DNA of 64,000 bases, taken from the NCBI GenBank assembly GCA_025056565.1, contig JANWWA010000003.1, forward strand, positions 100,263 to 164,262, given 5' to 3'. This DNA comes from Chloroherpetonaceae bacterium. Its GTDB lineage: Bacteria > Bacteroidota > Chlorobiia > Chlorobiales > Thermochlorobacteraceae. Shown here in pieces: positions 36,798 through 52,180 of this stretch. Positions within the stretch are counted from its first letter, which is position 1. Each line of letters begins with the position of its first letter. The translations under genes and the position numbers were made by a program. The notes under the pieces are model-generated. The model saw nothing but the letters and a program-made list of their open reading frames with translations. It made no database searches and was not told where the DNA came from.

Positions 36798-39700
36798 CTA
36801 CTCCGTTGCGCTCTTTGGTTTCCAGTTCAAGTCCAGCGGCTCTTTTAATGTAAAGAAGGTTACTTTGGCAGTTTCAATCAGCTCTTGAAATTTCTTGACA
36901 TCCGTATCAAAAACACGGTTGAAGTCAGCTAAGGCCTTGGCAAGGGTAGATTCAGCATAGCGAAGGTAAGTAAGCTGCGTTTCAGTCGGGGCGTCCCAAG
37001 ACGACGAAAGTGAGCTGAGCACGCTGGTCAGTTTGCCAAGTGCATCGTTGTCGTCCCGGAAAATGCCTTGACGGTCTTGGGGCGGAACAAACTTTTCTGC
37101 GAGCGACTTAAGTGTTTTCTTCAAGCTGTCGCCAGCGCGCCTGAGTTGAGCAGCGACACTATCTTTGCGGTCACGAACTTGCTCGCTCACCATTTCAATC
37201 GAGCGGTTGGTTTGCTGAATGCGTGTCATCGCTTCTGCCACAATTCTGATTTTATCCTGCACGCTCACCATCACATCATATTTCTTTCTGCGCTCTTCAG
37301 GAGAGATATTGTAGCGTGGGTCTGGTAGAACCTCAATCGTGGCTGTCGCTTCATCTTTGCCCATCTTGATGCGGGCGGTGTATTTACCGGGCAAAACTTC
37401 AATGCCTGGCGGTTCATCGCCTTCTGCCATGCGACGCGAGCCTTCCACACCCGGCACGCGCACCCCATTTTGCCTGAGGTTCCATACAGCACGATTCAAC
37501 CCCTTCTTCATTGGACCACGAAACGAGCGAATCACCTTACCGCTACCGTCAAGAATTTCAATCTGCACAAACTTTTGCGACTCACTGGCTGTATCGCTTG
37601 ACGATTTATCTTTTTCCTGCGGTGGATTAAGCAAATAGGTGAGGAGCGCACCACGCGGACGGTTCTCACCCTTGAACATTGCATCTGCTGGGAAGTGATA
37701 CGACTCTTGCTTTTCTTGATACTGAATAGCAGGTGGCACATCGAAGATATGAACCGGCTTTTTAAGAATCTCAGGTGAGAGTTGGCGTAGCGGACGAATA
37801 TCGTCCAGAACGTAAATTGCGCGCCCGTGCGTGGCAATAACCAAATCATGCTCACGTGGATGCACGGCGAATTCTGTAACAGGCACGGTCGGCACACCTG
37901 CTGTCCACTTCATCCATGTCTTGCCATCATCAAAGCTGATAAAAAAGCCGAACTCTGTGCCTAGATAAAGCAGGTCTTTTTTCACAGGGTCTTGTTCAAT
38001 GGTGTGCGCAAAACCCCACTTGGCATTTTTGGGCAATCCGATTGGGGTCGTTTTGGCAAGGTCAATCCAAGTCTTGCCGTAGTCAGTGGTCTTGAAGATG
38101 TAGGTTTCCCAATTGTTACGGCGGTGGTCATCAAAGACCACGTAGGCAGTGCCTGCGTCAAACTTTGAGGCTTCAATGTGTGGACACCATGTTGCTTTCG
38201 GCACGCGTGGAATGCGGCTGGTGAGATTTTCCCAAGTCTTGCCACCGTCTTGCGTCAGCTGCACATTGCCATCATCGGTGCCAACCCAGATGACACCTTG
38301 CTTAACAGGGCTCGGCGCAATTGTGAGGATAGTGCAGTGATTTTCAGCAGCCGTTACATCGCGTGTAAGACCGCCGCTCTCATCTTGCCGCTGCTTTTCT
38401 TTGTCGTTGGTCGTGAGGTCAGGGCTGATAATCGTCCAGCTATCGCCACGATTAGTAGATTTATGCACAAATTGGCTACCGTAGTAGATGGTGGCAGGGT
38501 CAAATGGGTCAATTGCAATAGCAGCGTTCCAGTTAAAGCGCAGCTTGACATCTTCTGATGGTGGGGCAGGACGAATGTTCTTGCGCTCGCCTGTCTTGGC
38601 ATTAAAGCGTATTAAATTGCCACCTTGCGACATAGCATAACCAATGTTGGGGTCAACAGGGTCAGGCACGGTGCCAAATCCATCGCCGAAACCGACCTCT
38701 TGCCACTGGTAATTCTTAATACCACCATTTTCCCAAACAGAAGAAGGACCACGCCACGAGCCATTGTCTTGCAAGCCACCGTAGATGTTGTAAGGCTGCT
38801 CATTATCAATTGCCACGTGATAGAACTGTGCCAGCGGGAGGTTATCGACGAAACGCCATGTAGCGCCGCGGTCGTAACTGATAGCAACCCCTCCATCATT
38901 ACCATTGACCATAAATGCCCCGTTTTTAGGGTGAATCCAGAGTGCATGGTGGTCGGGGTGCACGCTGTTATAGGGAATAAGAGTTTGGAAAGTTTTGCCG
39001 CCATCGTTGCTAACGGTGACGGTGACAGCCATATTGTAGAGGCGGTTTTCATTTTCGGGGTCAACGCGCAGGTCGCAAAAGTAAAAGGGGCGAGAAGCGA
39101 TGTTGATGGTGTTGTTGACGACTTTCCACTTGCGCCCACCATCTTCAGAGCGCAAGAGCACGCTGCGTGTGGCTTCCACGAGCGCATAGACGACATTCGG
39201 GTTGCTATATGCAATCGCTACAGTCGCGCGCCCCAACTCACCTTTGGGCAAGCCGTCTTGGTCGGTCAGTTTCGTCCAACTTTCTCCGCCATCAAATGTA
39301 ACATAGAGGCCGCTGCCCGGCCCACCTGATGTAAAGAACCACGGGTAGCGACGATGTTCCCACATGCAAGCAAAAAGCTTGTTCGGATTTCTCGGATCCA
39401 TCACAAGGTCGCCACAACCCGTTTTGGGGTTGATGTAAAGAACTTTTTTCCATGTCTTTCCGCCGTCTGTGGTTTTATAAACCCCACGCTCTTCGCTATC
39501 GCCCCAAGTAGGACCCATCACAGCGAGGTAGGCGATATCTGGGTCTGTGGGATGCAGCACCACACGGTGAATACGTTCCGTTTTCTCTAAGCCGAGCCAC
39601 TGCCAAGTCTCGCCACCATCAAGGCTTTTGTAGACACCATAGCCAACGCCTGCACTGTTGCGCGGATTGCCTTCACCAGTGCCGACCCAAACAATAGATG

Positions 39701-40016
39701 GATTGGGTTGAAAGACAGCAATTGCACCAATCGATGAAGTTGCTTGGTTATCAAAAATCGGTTTCCAAGTAATGCCACCGTTGGTAGATTTCCAGACGCC
39801 ACCAGTTGCGGCACCGACATACATTATTCTCGGGTCGGACTCTACTACTTCAATTGCAGCCACGCGACCACTCATTCCAGCTGGTCCGATGCTGCGCGCT
39901 CGCATGCCGCCAAAGAGCGATGTATCGAGTGCTTGTGCCCAAAGCCCAGAAAGCGGCAAGAAAGCAATGAACAAAATAATGGGGAGATAGCCCAGAGAAA
40001 ATCGGCGATATTTCAT
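36798..40016 (-). CDS. Secreted BNR/Asp-box repeat protein (sortilin/VPS10-like beta-propellers)
   Basis: Signal peptide from Met31 (MKYRRFSLGYLPIILFIAFLPLSGLWAQA). At least 10 Asp-box repeats are present (STNGGITW, SLDGGETW, TTDGGKTW, TFDGGESW, SEDGGRKW, SNDGGKTF, TQDGGKTW, TTDYGKTW, SFDDGKTW). Confidence 0.85.
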   Translation of the reverse strand: MKYRRFSLGYLPIILFIAFLPLSGLWAQALDTSLFGGMRARSIGPAGMSGRVAAIEVVESDPRIMYVGAATGGVWKSTNGGITWKPIFDNQATSSIGAIAVFQPNPSIVWVGTGEGNPRNSAGVGYGVYKSLDGGETWQWLGLEKTERIHRVVLHPTDPDIAYLAVMGPTWGDSEERGVYKTTDGGKTWKKVLYINPKTGCGDLVMDPRNPNKLFACMWEHRRYPWFFTSGGPGSGLYVTFDGGESWTKLTDQDGLPKGELGRATVAIAYSNPNVVYALVEATRSVLLRSEDGGRKWKVVNNTINIASRPFYFCDLRVDPENENRLYNMAVTVTVSNDGGKTFQTLIPYNSVHPDHHALWIHPKNGAFMVNGNDGGVAISYDRGATWRFVDNLPLAQFYHVAIDNEQPYNIYGGLQDNGSWRGPSSVWENGGIKNYQWQEVGFGDGFGTVPDPVDPNIGYAMSQGGNLIRFNAKTGERKNIRPAPPSEDVKLRFNWNAAIAIDPFDPATIYYGSQFVHKSTNRGDSWTIISPDLTTNDKEKQRQDESGGLTRDVTAAENHCTILTIAPSPVKQGVIWVGTDDGNVQLTQDGGKTWENLTSRIPRVPKATWCPHIEASKFDAGTAYVVFDDHRRNNWETYIFKTTDYGKTWIDLAKTTPIGLPKNAKWGFAHTIEQDPVKKDLLYLGTEFGFFISFDDGKTWMKWTAGVPTVPVTEFAVHPREHDLVIATHGRAIYVLDDIRPLRQLSPEILKKPVHIFDVPPAIQYQEKQESYHFPADAMFKGENRPRGALLTYLLNPPQEKDKSSSDTASESQKFVQIEILDGSGKVIRSFRGPMKKGLNRAVWNLRQNGVRVPGVEGSRRMAEGDEPPGIEVLPGKYTARIKMGKDEATATIEVLPDPRYNISPEERRKKYDVMVSVQDKIRIVAEAMTRIQQTNRSIEMVSEQVRDRKDSVAAQLRRAGDSLKKTLKSLAEKFVPPQDRQGIFRDDNDALGKLTSVLSSLSSSWDAPTETQLTYLRYAESTLAKALADFNRVFDTDVKKFQELIETAKVTFFTLKEPLDLNWKPKSATE

Positions 40017-40292
40017 AGCAAAAAAGATTTTGTTGATGGAGATGCCAAAAAACGCATAGAAATCTAAACAAGCTAAACCGCCTGAGCAATGCTGGGACTT
40101 AAGCAATAACGAAAGAGCTGAGCAGTGTGGCTAGAGGAGCAACGGATTGGGAAAAGTTTGTAACACCAAAGAATAGCGCCCGAGTAACGGGTGGCAACTT
40201 GGAGAACGCTGAATGTCCGAAAACAGCAAATCAGGTTCTTATTAGCACAGATGTCGGGTAGCCAAACTGCGCTCTAAATCTGGCATTCTCCT

Positions 40293-40676
40293 CTACTGCG
40301 ATGAAAGGAATTTGCCACTACTTGCTAATTGCGTGTTATGGGAAGATGTAATAGCTGGTTCACCTGCGAAGTGATAGTGTGGGTTAAGTTCTCGCACCAT
40401 CAATCGCTCGACAGGCTTGCCGCCCAGAAGGTGTTGCTGCAAAATTTCTTCGGCTTCTTCTATGGTAGAGATACGATACCAAATGCCTTCAGGATAGATA
40501 ACCGTAACTGGCGCAAATGAGCATCCGTCAAGGCAGCCAGACTTGTTGGCGCGAATTTCCCTGTGCAAACGAAGTTCCCTAAGGCGTGCTTTGAGATACT
40601 GCTGAATCTCTTCGCTGTTGTGCTGCGCACACGTGGCGGTATTGGTACAGGTGAAAAGATGGTGGCTGAATCTCAT
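40293..40676 (-). CDS. Thioredoxin-like [2Fe-2S] ferredoxin domain protein
   Basis: Shows HLFTCTNTATCAQ ... SGCLDGCSFAPVTVIYPEGIWY, a four-Cys pattern typical of the thioredoxin-like Fd family. Start placed at the internal Met (MRFSHHLF). Confidence 0.7.
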   Translation of the reverse strand: MRFSHHLFTCTNTATCAQHNSEEIQQYLKARLRELRLHREIRANKSGCLDGCSFAPVTVIYPEGIWYRISTIEEAEEILQQHLLGGKPVERLMVRELNPHYHFAGEPAITSSHNTQLASSGKFLSSQ

Positions 40677-40991
40677 TGCAAATCTACTGCTTTGCTTGAA
40701 AAGTCCGCTCAAATCTACACTTTTTTTCCTAAGTGAGAAACGCAAGTGCTAAATTTCAGTCAAAGTCAAAGTGCCGAGTTGGTATCACTGAACAAGTTGA
40801 CTGAAGGCAAGGTCTTGGGGATAAAACTCTGCCGCCAGCGGAATGTGCTTGCAAACTGAGCACTGTAGCATTCCCACGACTTCTGAAGCAAACTCAGCGA
40901 AAGCAAAGCAGCACAGCTTGGCACATACCGAGTTTCTACTTAACTTTGAAAGTTCTGTTAAAAGCGAATATTCAACTTATTTCGAACATTT

Positions 40992-41999
40992 ATGGCAAAG
41001 AAAATCGCTACAACTTGCCTTATCATCGGGGCAGGCATTTGTGGACTGATTGCAGCCGATATGCTGCATCGTGCAGGTGTCAAAGCAATTGTCTTGGACA
41101 AAGGTCGTGGCGTAGGAGGGCGGTTGGCAACACGCCGTATTCAAAGTGGCACCTTCGACCATGGGGCACAGTATTTTACCGTCCGAGACCCAAAGTTCTA
41201 TGCAATTGTCGAGGAGTGGCTTGCAGCAGGAATTGTTCGTGAATGGACACGGCATTTCCATACCGCAGCAGGACCTTGCGACAGTGATGCTGAGCCGCGA
41301 TACTACGGCATCGGCGGGATGACGGCTATTGCGAAACACATAGCGCGCCACTTGGAGGTGCATCTCAATGAAACGGTGTCCAAGTTTTACCCAAACCACA
41401 AAGCATGGCACATTGAAACTACAGATGGCAAACTCTATCAAGCAGAGTCACTAATCTTGACACCGCCTGTGCCGCAGTCGCTCGAGCTTGTAAGGAAGTC
41501 GGGTATCTCTATTCCTATTAGGGAAAAGCGGATGCTGGAAGCGGTAACCTATCTGCCTTGCTTGGGGGTGCTGGCGCTTTTGGAGCAAGAAAGCAAGGTG
41601 CCGCATCCTGGAGGATTGTGGCTATACGATGATGCGGTGCTCTGGCTAGGCGACAATCAAAAGAAAGGGGTCTCACAAGTGCCAGCTGTCACCATTCACG
41701 CAACGCCAGCTTTCAGCCGCACTTACTGGGACGCAGACGATGCAGCAATTTCAAAGGCTTTAATTGAGCATGCGTCAAAATGGCTGGGTGCGAAAGTGCT
41801 TTATGCAGAAGTCAAACGCTGGCGATACAGTGCACCTGATTCCTTCGTGCCAGAGCCTTTCATAGCCCTGAATGCGCCATTGCCGTTGATTTTTGCAGGC
41901 GACGCCTTTGTTTCCCCTTGCGTAGAAGGAGCCGTGCTCTCAGGCATGGCTGCAGCAGAGTATCTGCTGCGACAAGATGTCTCAGTAGCAGAATCGTAA
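40992..41999 (+). CDS. NAD/FAD-dependent oxidoreductase (renalase/COG3380-like amine-oxidase fold)
   Basis: Rossmann motif CLIIGAGICGLIAADML, then DKGRGVGGRLATRR, FDHGAQYFTVRDP, and C-terminal IFAGDAF...VEGAVLSG. Confidence 0.75.
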   Translation: MAKKIATTCLIIGAGICGLIAADMLHRAGVKAIVLDKGRGVGGRLATRRIQSGTFDHGAQYFTVRDPKFYAIVEEWLAAGIVREWTRHFHTAAGPCDSDAEPRYYGIGGMTAIAKHIARHLEVHLNETVSKFYPNHKAWHIETTDGKLYQAESLILTPPVPQSLELVRKSGISIPIREKRMLEAVTYLPCLGVLALLEQESKVPHPGGLWLYDDAVLWLGDNQKKGVSQVPAVTIHATPAFSRTYWDADDAAISKALIEHASKWLGAKVLYAEVKRWRYSAPDSFVPEPFIALNAPLPLIFAGDAFVSPCVEGAVLSGMAAAEYLLRQDVSVAES

Positions 42000-42119
42000 G
42001 TGCAGCGAACTGCGCTCAAAGCCCTTTGAGACATGCAAGTAGCTAACAGGACTTGGAATTAGAGCGGGAAGCAAGGGAGCACGGTGCTGCAGAGTTGTCG
42101 GACGCTCGCTTGCAGAGAC

Positions 42120-42149
42120 TTGCAAAAGTCTAATCTGCGTTGCTATATT
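42120..42149 (+). promoter_or_regulatory. Candidate sigma-70-type promoter for rpoBC
   Basis: TTGCAA (42120..42125), an 18-nt spacer ending in TGc, then TATATT (42144..42149). This is sequence resemblance only. Confidence 0.25.
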
Positions 42150-42311
42150 ACCCGATTGCAAGGGTAGGCGTCTTCTTTCTCAAATGAGAATTCTATAGTA
42201 AGACATAGCAAAGACACAGGAAGCGCTTGCGTGCACATTGCTAGCAGGCGCTGGATTTATTTTCTTTCTTCGAGTTGTTTTGCAACTAAACCTATCAAAA
42301 GCGAGGCGACC

Positions 42312-45300
42312 GTGAAAGCGAAGACTTCCAAAAAGAAAGTTGAGCGCATCTCTTTCTCGAAAATTCAGCAGGTAATGGAACCCCCAGACTTGCTCAAAGT
42401 GCAACTGCGTTCCTTTAAGGATTTTATTCAAGATGATGTGCCACCTGAGCAGCGCAAGAATAAAGGGCTTGAACAGGTGCTGCGCAGCAGTTTCCCTATC
42501 ACGGACACGCGTGGACTATACCTTTTGGAATACATTAGCTACAGCATTGACAAGCCGCGCTACACTGTCGAGGAATGCATTGAGCGTGGTTTAACATATG
42601 AGGTTTCTCTGAAAGCCAAGCTGCGACTTTCGCTGAAGGACGAACCTGAAGAGCCAGATTGGAAAGAGACAATCGAGCAAGAAGTCTATTTGGGCAAGAT
42701 TCCGTATATGACGGAGAGCGGCACATTTATTATCAATGGTGCAGAGCGCGTCATTGTGGCGCAGTTGCATCGCTCTCCGGGCGTAGTTTTTAGTGACAGC
42801 ACGCACCCCAATGGCAAGAAAATTTATTCAGCGAAAATTGTGCCCTTGCGCGGCTCGTGGATTGAATTCGTGACAGACATTAACAACCTGATGTATGTCT
42901 ATATTGACCAGAAGAAAAAGTTTCTGGCAACCACGCTGCTGCGCGCAGTAGGCTTTCCACGCAACGACCAGATTTTGCGGCTCTTCGACTTAATGGTCGA
43001 AATGCCCGTCAAGCCAAACGAATCTAACGAGGATTTGATTGGACGATACTTGGCAGTCGATGTCATCAATAAAGAGACGGGAGAAGTAATTCCGGCAGGC
43101 ACACAAATTACCGATGAGCATATTGAGCAATTTGTTGCCTCAGGTGTGACCAAAGTGAAAGTAACGCGCGCCGAGAAGGAAATGGATCTTGACCGCACAA
43201 TTATCCTAAATACACTGGCAAAAGATGAGTCGCACACTGAAGAGGAAGCCTTAGAGACCATTTACCGTGAGCTGCGCTCTAATGAAGCGCCTGACATTGA
43301 AGCGGCACGGGGTCTCTTAGACCGCACATTCTTCAACAACAAAAAGTATGACCTCGGCGATGTAGGACGCTACAGGCTCAATAAAAAGCTCTCTACGGAG
43401 TTCAAAGAGCTACTCGATATTATCCGGCACGACAAAGAACTGCGTGAGATTAGCAACACTATCACGGAAAAGTTCAATATCGGCAAGTTCGATGAAAAGG
43501 GCATCAACCCAGACTTTACGGTGCTCTCGCAGTATGACATCATCGCCATTATGTACTACCTCATCAAGCTGATGAACGGCCGTGTAGAAGTCGATGATGT
43601 CGACCATCTCTCCAATCGCCGAGTGAGAACGGTGGGTGAGCAACTCTCTGCACAGTTCTTGGTGGGGCTGGCACGAATGGCAAAGAACATTAAAGAGAAA
43701 CTCAATGCCCGAGATACAGAGAAAATAAGTCCCTCCGACCTTGTCAATGCGCGCACAGTGTCGAGCGTAATTTCCAGCTTCTTTGGCACAAGCCAGCTCT
43801 CGCAGTTTATGGATCAAACAAATCCGCTGGCAGAGCTGACAAACAAGCGCCGCACATCGGCATTAGGGCCAGGAGGGCTGACACGTGAGCGAGCAGGGTT
43901 TGAAGTGCGCGACGTGCATTACACGCACTACGGTCGACTCTGTCCGATTGAGACACCTGAGGGGCCGAACATCGGTCTTATTTCTTCATTCTGCATCTAT
44001 GCCGAAATCAATGAAAAAGGCTTCATTGAGACACCGTATCGCCCTGTAAAGAATGGTGTGGTGGAAAACAAGCCTGTCTATCTGTCGGCAGAAGACGAAG
44101 AGAATAAAATCACTGTGCCAGCGACAGTGCCATTGAAAAATGGCAGAATCGCTGTCGAAAGCGTGCAAGCACGTCGCAAAGGAGATTACCCGCTGGTTGA
44201 GGCTACACAGGTCGACTATATGGACGTGGCACCTCAGCAAATTGTAAGCGCTGCAGCCGCTCTGATTCCGTTCCTTGAACATGATGATGCAAACCGCGCC
44301 CTGATGGGCTCTAATATGCAGCGTCAGGCAGTGCCACTGCTGCGCGCTGAAGCACCACTGGTGGGCACGGGGCTTGAAGAGAAAGTTGCTCGTGACTCAC
44401 GCACAATGGTCATTGCCGAAGGGTCTGGCGTGGTGGAGTATGTCGATGCCAACGAAATTGTGGTGCGCTACGACAAGCGCTTGGACGATGACACCGAAGG
44501 CTCGCTCTTGGATACGGATGAGACGGTAAAACGCTACAAGCTCAAGAAATTTTTCCGCTCCAATCAGGATACGTGCATCAACCAAAAGCCGATTGTGTCG
44601 GTTGGACAGCGCGTCAAGAAAGGAGATGTATTGGCAGATGGCTCTTCGACAGACCACGGCGAACTGGCACTGGGTAAAAATGTGCTAGTGGCATTTATGC
44701 CGTGGCGCGGCTACAACTTTGAGGACGCTATTGTAGTCTCAGAACGACTGGTTAGAGACGATGTCTACACCTCTATCCATATTCACGAGTTTGAGCTCAC
44801 TGTACGTGATACCAAACGCGGCGAAGAACAATTTACGCGTGACATTTACAACGTCAGCGAGGAAGCGCTGAAAAACTTAGATGAAAACGGCATTATTCGC
44901 GTTGGCGCAGAAGTAAAAGAAAAAGACATCCTCATTGGAAAAATTACGCCAAAAGGAGAAAGCGATCCAACACCAGAGGAAAAACTCCTGCGCGCCATTT
45001 TTGGCGAAAAATCCAGCGATGTCAAAGATGCCTCGCTCCATGCCCCGCCCGGAATGCGGGGAACGGTCATCAAGACCAAGCTCTTTAGCCGCAAAAAGAA
45101 AGTGGGTGAGGATATTAAAGTGCGCATTGCTAAGCTGGAAAAAGAGTTTGATAAGAAGAAACTCGAGCTGCGTGAAAAATTCATCAGCAAACTGGTGCAC
45201 TACTTGGGCGATAAGGAATCAATCGGCGTCAAAAATCTGCGAGGCGACACAGAAATCCGCAAAGGCACGCGCTTTACGCGCGAAAACCTTGAACCATATG

Positions 45301-46214
45301 GTGCGCTAAACAAGCTGGAAAAGTTAGACTTAGAGCACGGCTTTGTAGAGTCCACCAAGACCAACAACCTCGTCTGCCGCCTGATTGAAGAATACCGACG
45401 CCGAATGAAGGAGCTGGACGACGATTTAGAGAATGAAAAGTACAAAATTACTGTCGGCGATGAGCTGCGCCCCGGTATTGAGGAGCTGGCAAAGGTCTAC
45501 ATTGCGCAAAAGCGCAAGCTACAAGTGGGAGACAAAATGGCGGGTCGGCATGGCAATAAGGGCGTCGTGGGCAAGGTGGTGCCAATCGAAGATATGCCGT
45601 TTATGGAAGATGGAACGCCAGTTGATATTGTGCTCAACCCGCTGGGTGTGCCAAGCCGAATGAATATCGGTCAGCTGTTTGAAACCTCACTGGGCTGGGC
45701 GGCTGAAAAGTTAGGGGTCAAGTTTGCGTCACCCATTTTTGACGGTGCAACCTACGAAGAAGTGCAAGAAAAACTCAAGGAAGCGGGGCTGCCCGTCAAC
45801 GGCAAAGTGAAGCTCTACGATGGACGTACAGGCGAACCGTTTGACCAAGAGGTAACGGTGGGGGTGATTTATATGATGAAACTCTCACACCTTGTTGATG
45901 ACAAAATTCACGCGCGCTCAACGGGACCATACTCACTCATCACGCAGCAACCGCTGGGCGGCAAAGCACAATTTGGCGGACAGCGCTTCGGTGAAATGGA
46001 AGTCTGGGCACTGGAAGCCTACGGCGCTGCACACATCCTGCAAGAAATGCTAACCGTGAAGTCTGATGATGTGCAAGGACGCACAAAGACTTACGAAGCG
46101 ATTGTCAAAGGACAAAATCTGCCAGAGCCCAGCGTGCCAGAGTCATTTAATGTGCTGGTGCGAGAGTTACAAGGATTAGGCTTAGAAATTCGCATTGATG
46201 ACAAAGTGCCCTAA
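42312..46214 (+). CDS. rpoB: DNA-directed RNA polymerase subunit beta
   Basis: Unmistakable RpoB blocks are present ([78 protein letters not shown]). Start placed at GTG 42312, preceded by GAGG. The supplied ORF extends to GTG 42231. Confidence 0.97.
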   Translation: MKAKTSKKKVERISFSKIQQVMEPPDLLKVQLRSFKDFIQDDVPPEQRKNKGLEQVLRSSFPITDTRGLYLLEYISYSIDKPRYTVEECIERGLTYEVSLKAKLRLSLKDEPEEPDWKETIEQEVYLGKIPYMTESGTFIINGAERVIVAQLHRSPGVVFSDSTHPNGKKIYSAKIVPLRGSWIEFVTDINNLMYVYIDQKKKFLATTLLRAVGFPRNDQILRLFDLMVEMPVKPNESNEDLIGRYLAVDVINKETGEVIPAGTQITDEHIEQFVASGVTKVKVTRAEKEMDLDRTIILNTLAKDESHTEEEALETIYRELRSNEAPDIEAARGLLDRTFFNNKKYDLGDVGRYRLNKKLSTEFKELLDIIRHDKELREISNTITEKFNIGKFDEKGINPDFTVLSQYDIIAIMYYLIKLMNGRVEVDDVDHLSNRRVRTVGEQLSAQFLVGLARMAKNIKEKLNARDTEKISPSDLVNARTVSSVISSFFGTSQLSQFMDQTNPLAELTNKRRTSALGPGGLTRERAGFEVRDVHYTHYGRLCPIETPEGPNIGLISSFCIYAEINEKGFIETPYRPVKNGVVENKPVYLSAEDEENKITVPATVPLKNGRIAVESVQARRKGDYPLVEATQVDYMDVAPQQIVSAAAALIPFLEHDDANRALMGSNMQRQAVPLLRAEAPLVGTGLEEKVARDSRTMVIAEGSGVVEYVDANEIVVRYDKRLDDDTEGSLLDTDETVKRYKLKKFFRSNQDTCINQKPIVSVGQRVKKGDVLADGSSTDHGELALGKNVLVAFMPWRGYNFEDAIVVSERLVRDDVYTSIHIHEFELTVRDTKRGEEQFTRDIYNVSEEALKNLDENGIIRVGAEVKEKDILIGKITPKGESDPTPEEKLLRAIFGEKSSDVKDASLHAPPGMRGTVIKTKLFSRKKKVGEDIKVRIAKLEKEFDKKKLELREKFISKLVHYLGDKESIGVKNLRGDTEIRKGTRFTRENLEPYGALNKLEKLDLEHGFVESTKTNNLVCRLIEEYRRRMKELDDDLENEKYKITVGDELRPGIEELAKVYIAQKRKLQVGDKMAGRHGNKGVVGKVVPIEDMPFMEDGTPVDIVLNPLGVPSRMNIGQLFETSLGWAAEKLGVKFASPIFDGATYEEVQEKLKEAGLPVNGKVKLYDGRTGEPFDQEVTVGVIYMMKLSHLVDDKIHARSTGPYSLITQQPLGGKAQFGGQRFGEMEVWALEAYGAAHILQEMLTVKSDDVQGRTKTYEAIVKGQNLPEPSVPESFNVLVRELQGLGLEIRIDDKVP

Positions 46215-46301
46215 AAACGGAAAGCAGCACTTTGCAGTAAGCCGAAAATCGGTGCAGTTTGAGACAAGTTTATTTCAACCTTCCAAAAAAGGAGCAAGAC
46301 A

Positions 46302-50777
<4,476 letters not shown>

Positions 50778-50798
50778 AAAGCAGTTAGTTTTCGGCGG

Positions 50799-50826
50799 GG
50801 CGACCTTGTGTCGCCTTTTGCTTTTC
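50799..50826 (+). terminator. Rho-independent terminator after rpoC
   Basis: Stem GGCGAC pairs with GTCGCC around loop CTTGT, followed by TTTTGCTTTTC. Confidence 0.7.
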
Positions 50827-50835
50827 GAGGGCAAC

Positions 50836-51954
50836 CTAGGAGAGCAGCTTCTCTCTTTGCAGCGATTTTCTCACAAAAGCTGAGCTGTGACGCGTAGCAA
50901 ATAACATAGCCTCACGCTGAGAATTGCGGCGCGAAACGAACAAAAGCCCAACGCCTAAAATGACATAGAGTATCAAAATGCCCAAAACTGCAAGTGCAGA
51001 GTGCACAAACGCAAGCAAGCCAGTCAGCAGAGAGAAAAGGTAGATAAATATCACTGCTTGCCGTTGGTTTAGGCAAAGCTGGTGTAACAATCTGTGGTGT
51101 AAGTGAAGCATGTCTGGCTTAAAGGGATGTTTGCCAGAAAGCAATCGCCGCACTGGCGCAAGAACGGTATCCAAGATAGGAAAAGCCAGTGCAAAAACAG
51201 GGGTGAAAAGTGAAAAGGAGGAAACAGAATTTGTAGAGGGGGGAATCGTGCTGCAGGCAAGCATAAAACCAATGAACAATGCACCTGCATCGCCCATAAA
51301 AATTTGGGCAGGGTGAAAATTGTAGCGCAGAAACCCAAGTATACCCCCTAAAAGCGAAGCATAGATTGCAAGTGAAAGTGTGTCGTGATTCAAGAAAGCA
51401 CTGGCCATCATAAAGAGAAGGGCAATGCTGCTTACTCCGCCTGCCAACCCGTCTAGCCCATCAACTAAGTTGATGGCATTGCAGATACCTACAATCCAGA
51501 GAAATGTAAAGCCAAGGCTTAGCCAGTCACTCAGTAGAAGCGGTTGCTCCAAGAACGGTAATTCAATTGAGCGGACAGAGTAGCCACCGCCAAAAACTAC
51601 GATTGCGGCGGCAAGAAATTGCATCAAGAACTTACGCCGAAAGTCTAAGCCACGAATGTCATCGAGGAGACCGGTAGCAAAGATGATGACACTGCCTAGT
51701 AAAACCGCCCAAAATTGAGTTTTAGTGAAAGCATAGAAGTCGGGCCAGAAGATAAGTGCAACAAGGGTAGTGAGTAAGAAAGTAAGAGCAATTGCAATGC
51801 CGCCCAAACGTGGGATAGGTTGACTATGCACCTTCCGATGTGCAGGCTCGTCAAGTAACTGAAAAAGTCGTGAAAGCTGACAAATCTTTGGCGTAAAAAG
51901 CCAAGCTGTGATAGTCGACAAGCCAAGCAGAACCGCAATGACATACAGACTCAT
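50836..51954 (-). CDS. GT4-family polyprenyl-phosphate N-acetylhexosamine-1-phosphate transferase (WecA/MraY superfamily)
   Basis: About 10 TM helices, with the motifs LLDDIRGL, NAINLVDGLDGLAGG and FMGDAGALFIGF. Confidence 0.85.
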   Translation of the reverse strand: MSLYVIAVLLGLSTITAWLFTPKICQLSRLFQLLDEPAHRKVHSQPIPRLGGIAIALTFLLTTLVALIFWPDFYAFTKTQFWAVLLGSVIIFATGLLDDIRGLDFRRKFLMQFLAAAIVVFGGGYSVRSIELPFLEQPLLLSDWLSLGFTFLWIVGICNAINLVDGLDGLAGGVSSIALLFMMASAFLNHDTLSLAIYASLLGGILGFLRYNFHPAQIFMGDAGALFIGFMLACSTIPPSTNSVSSFSLFTPVFALAFPILDTVLAPVRRLLSGKHPFKPDMLHLHHRLLHQLCLNQRQAVIFIYLFSLLTGLLAFVHSALAVLGILILYVILGVGLLFVSRRNSQREAMLFATRHSSAFVRKSLQREKLLS

Positions 51955-52180
51955 TTTGCGAATAGAGAGATTTTGGCAAAGACCGCTCCAGCGTGAGAAG
52001 GGTAAACGAAGTCAAAAGATAAGCGTTGTGAAGTTAGCAAAAAGCTGTGATGCGGACAACAATAAATGCAAAACTGAGACAGCCTAACCTTATTCTCACT
52101 ACTTTGAAAGGTGCATACCAGAAGTGCTATACGGACACAAGTAAAACACCTGCCTGCATAGCATGGTTGGTATATTTTGT

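Noticed and set aside
38612-39329. 200-aa same-strand out-of-frame ORF (-) and 234-aa antisense ORF (+) inside the BNR-repeat gene
   Set aside because: Both overlap the well-supported Asp-box repeat frame, and their translations show no recognisable domains. Long overlapping or antisense ORFs are expected by chance in long genes with few stop-prone codons.
42180-42431. 83-aa minus-strand ORF in the rpoB leader
   Set aside because: It overlaps the rpoB 5' end in antisense, has no RBS or motif, and is more simply explained as non-coding leader sequence.
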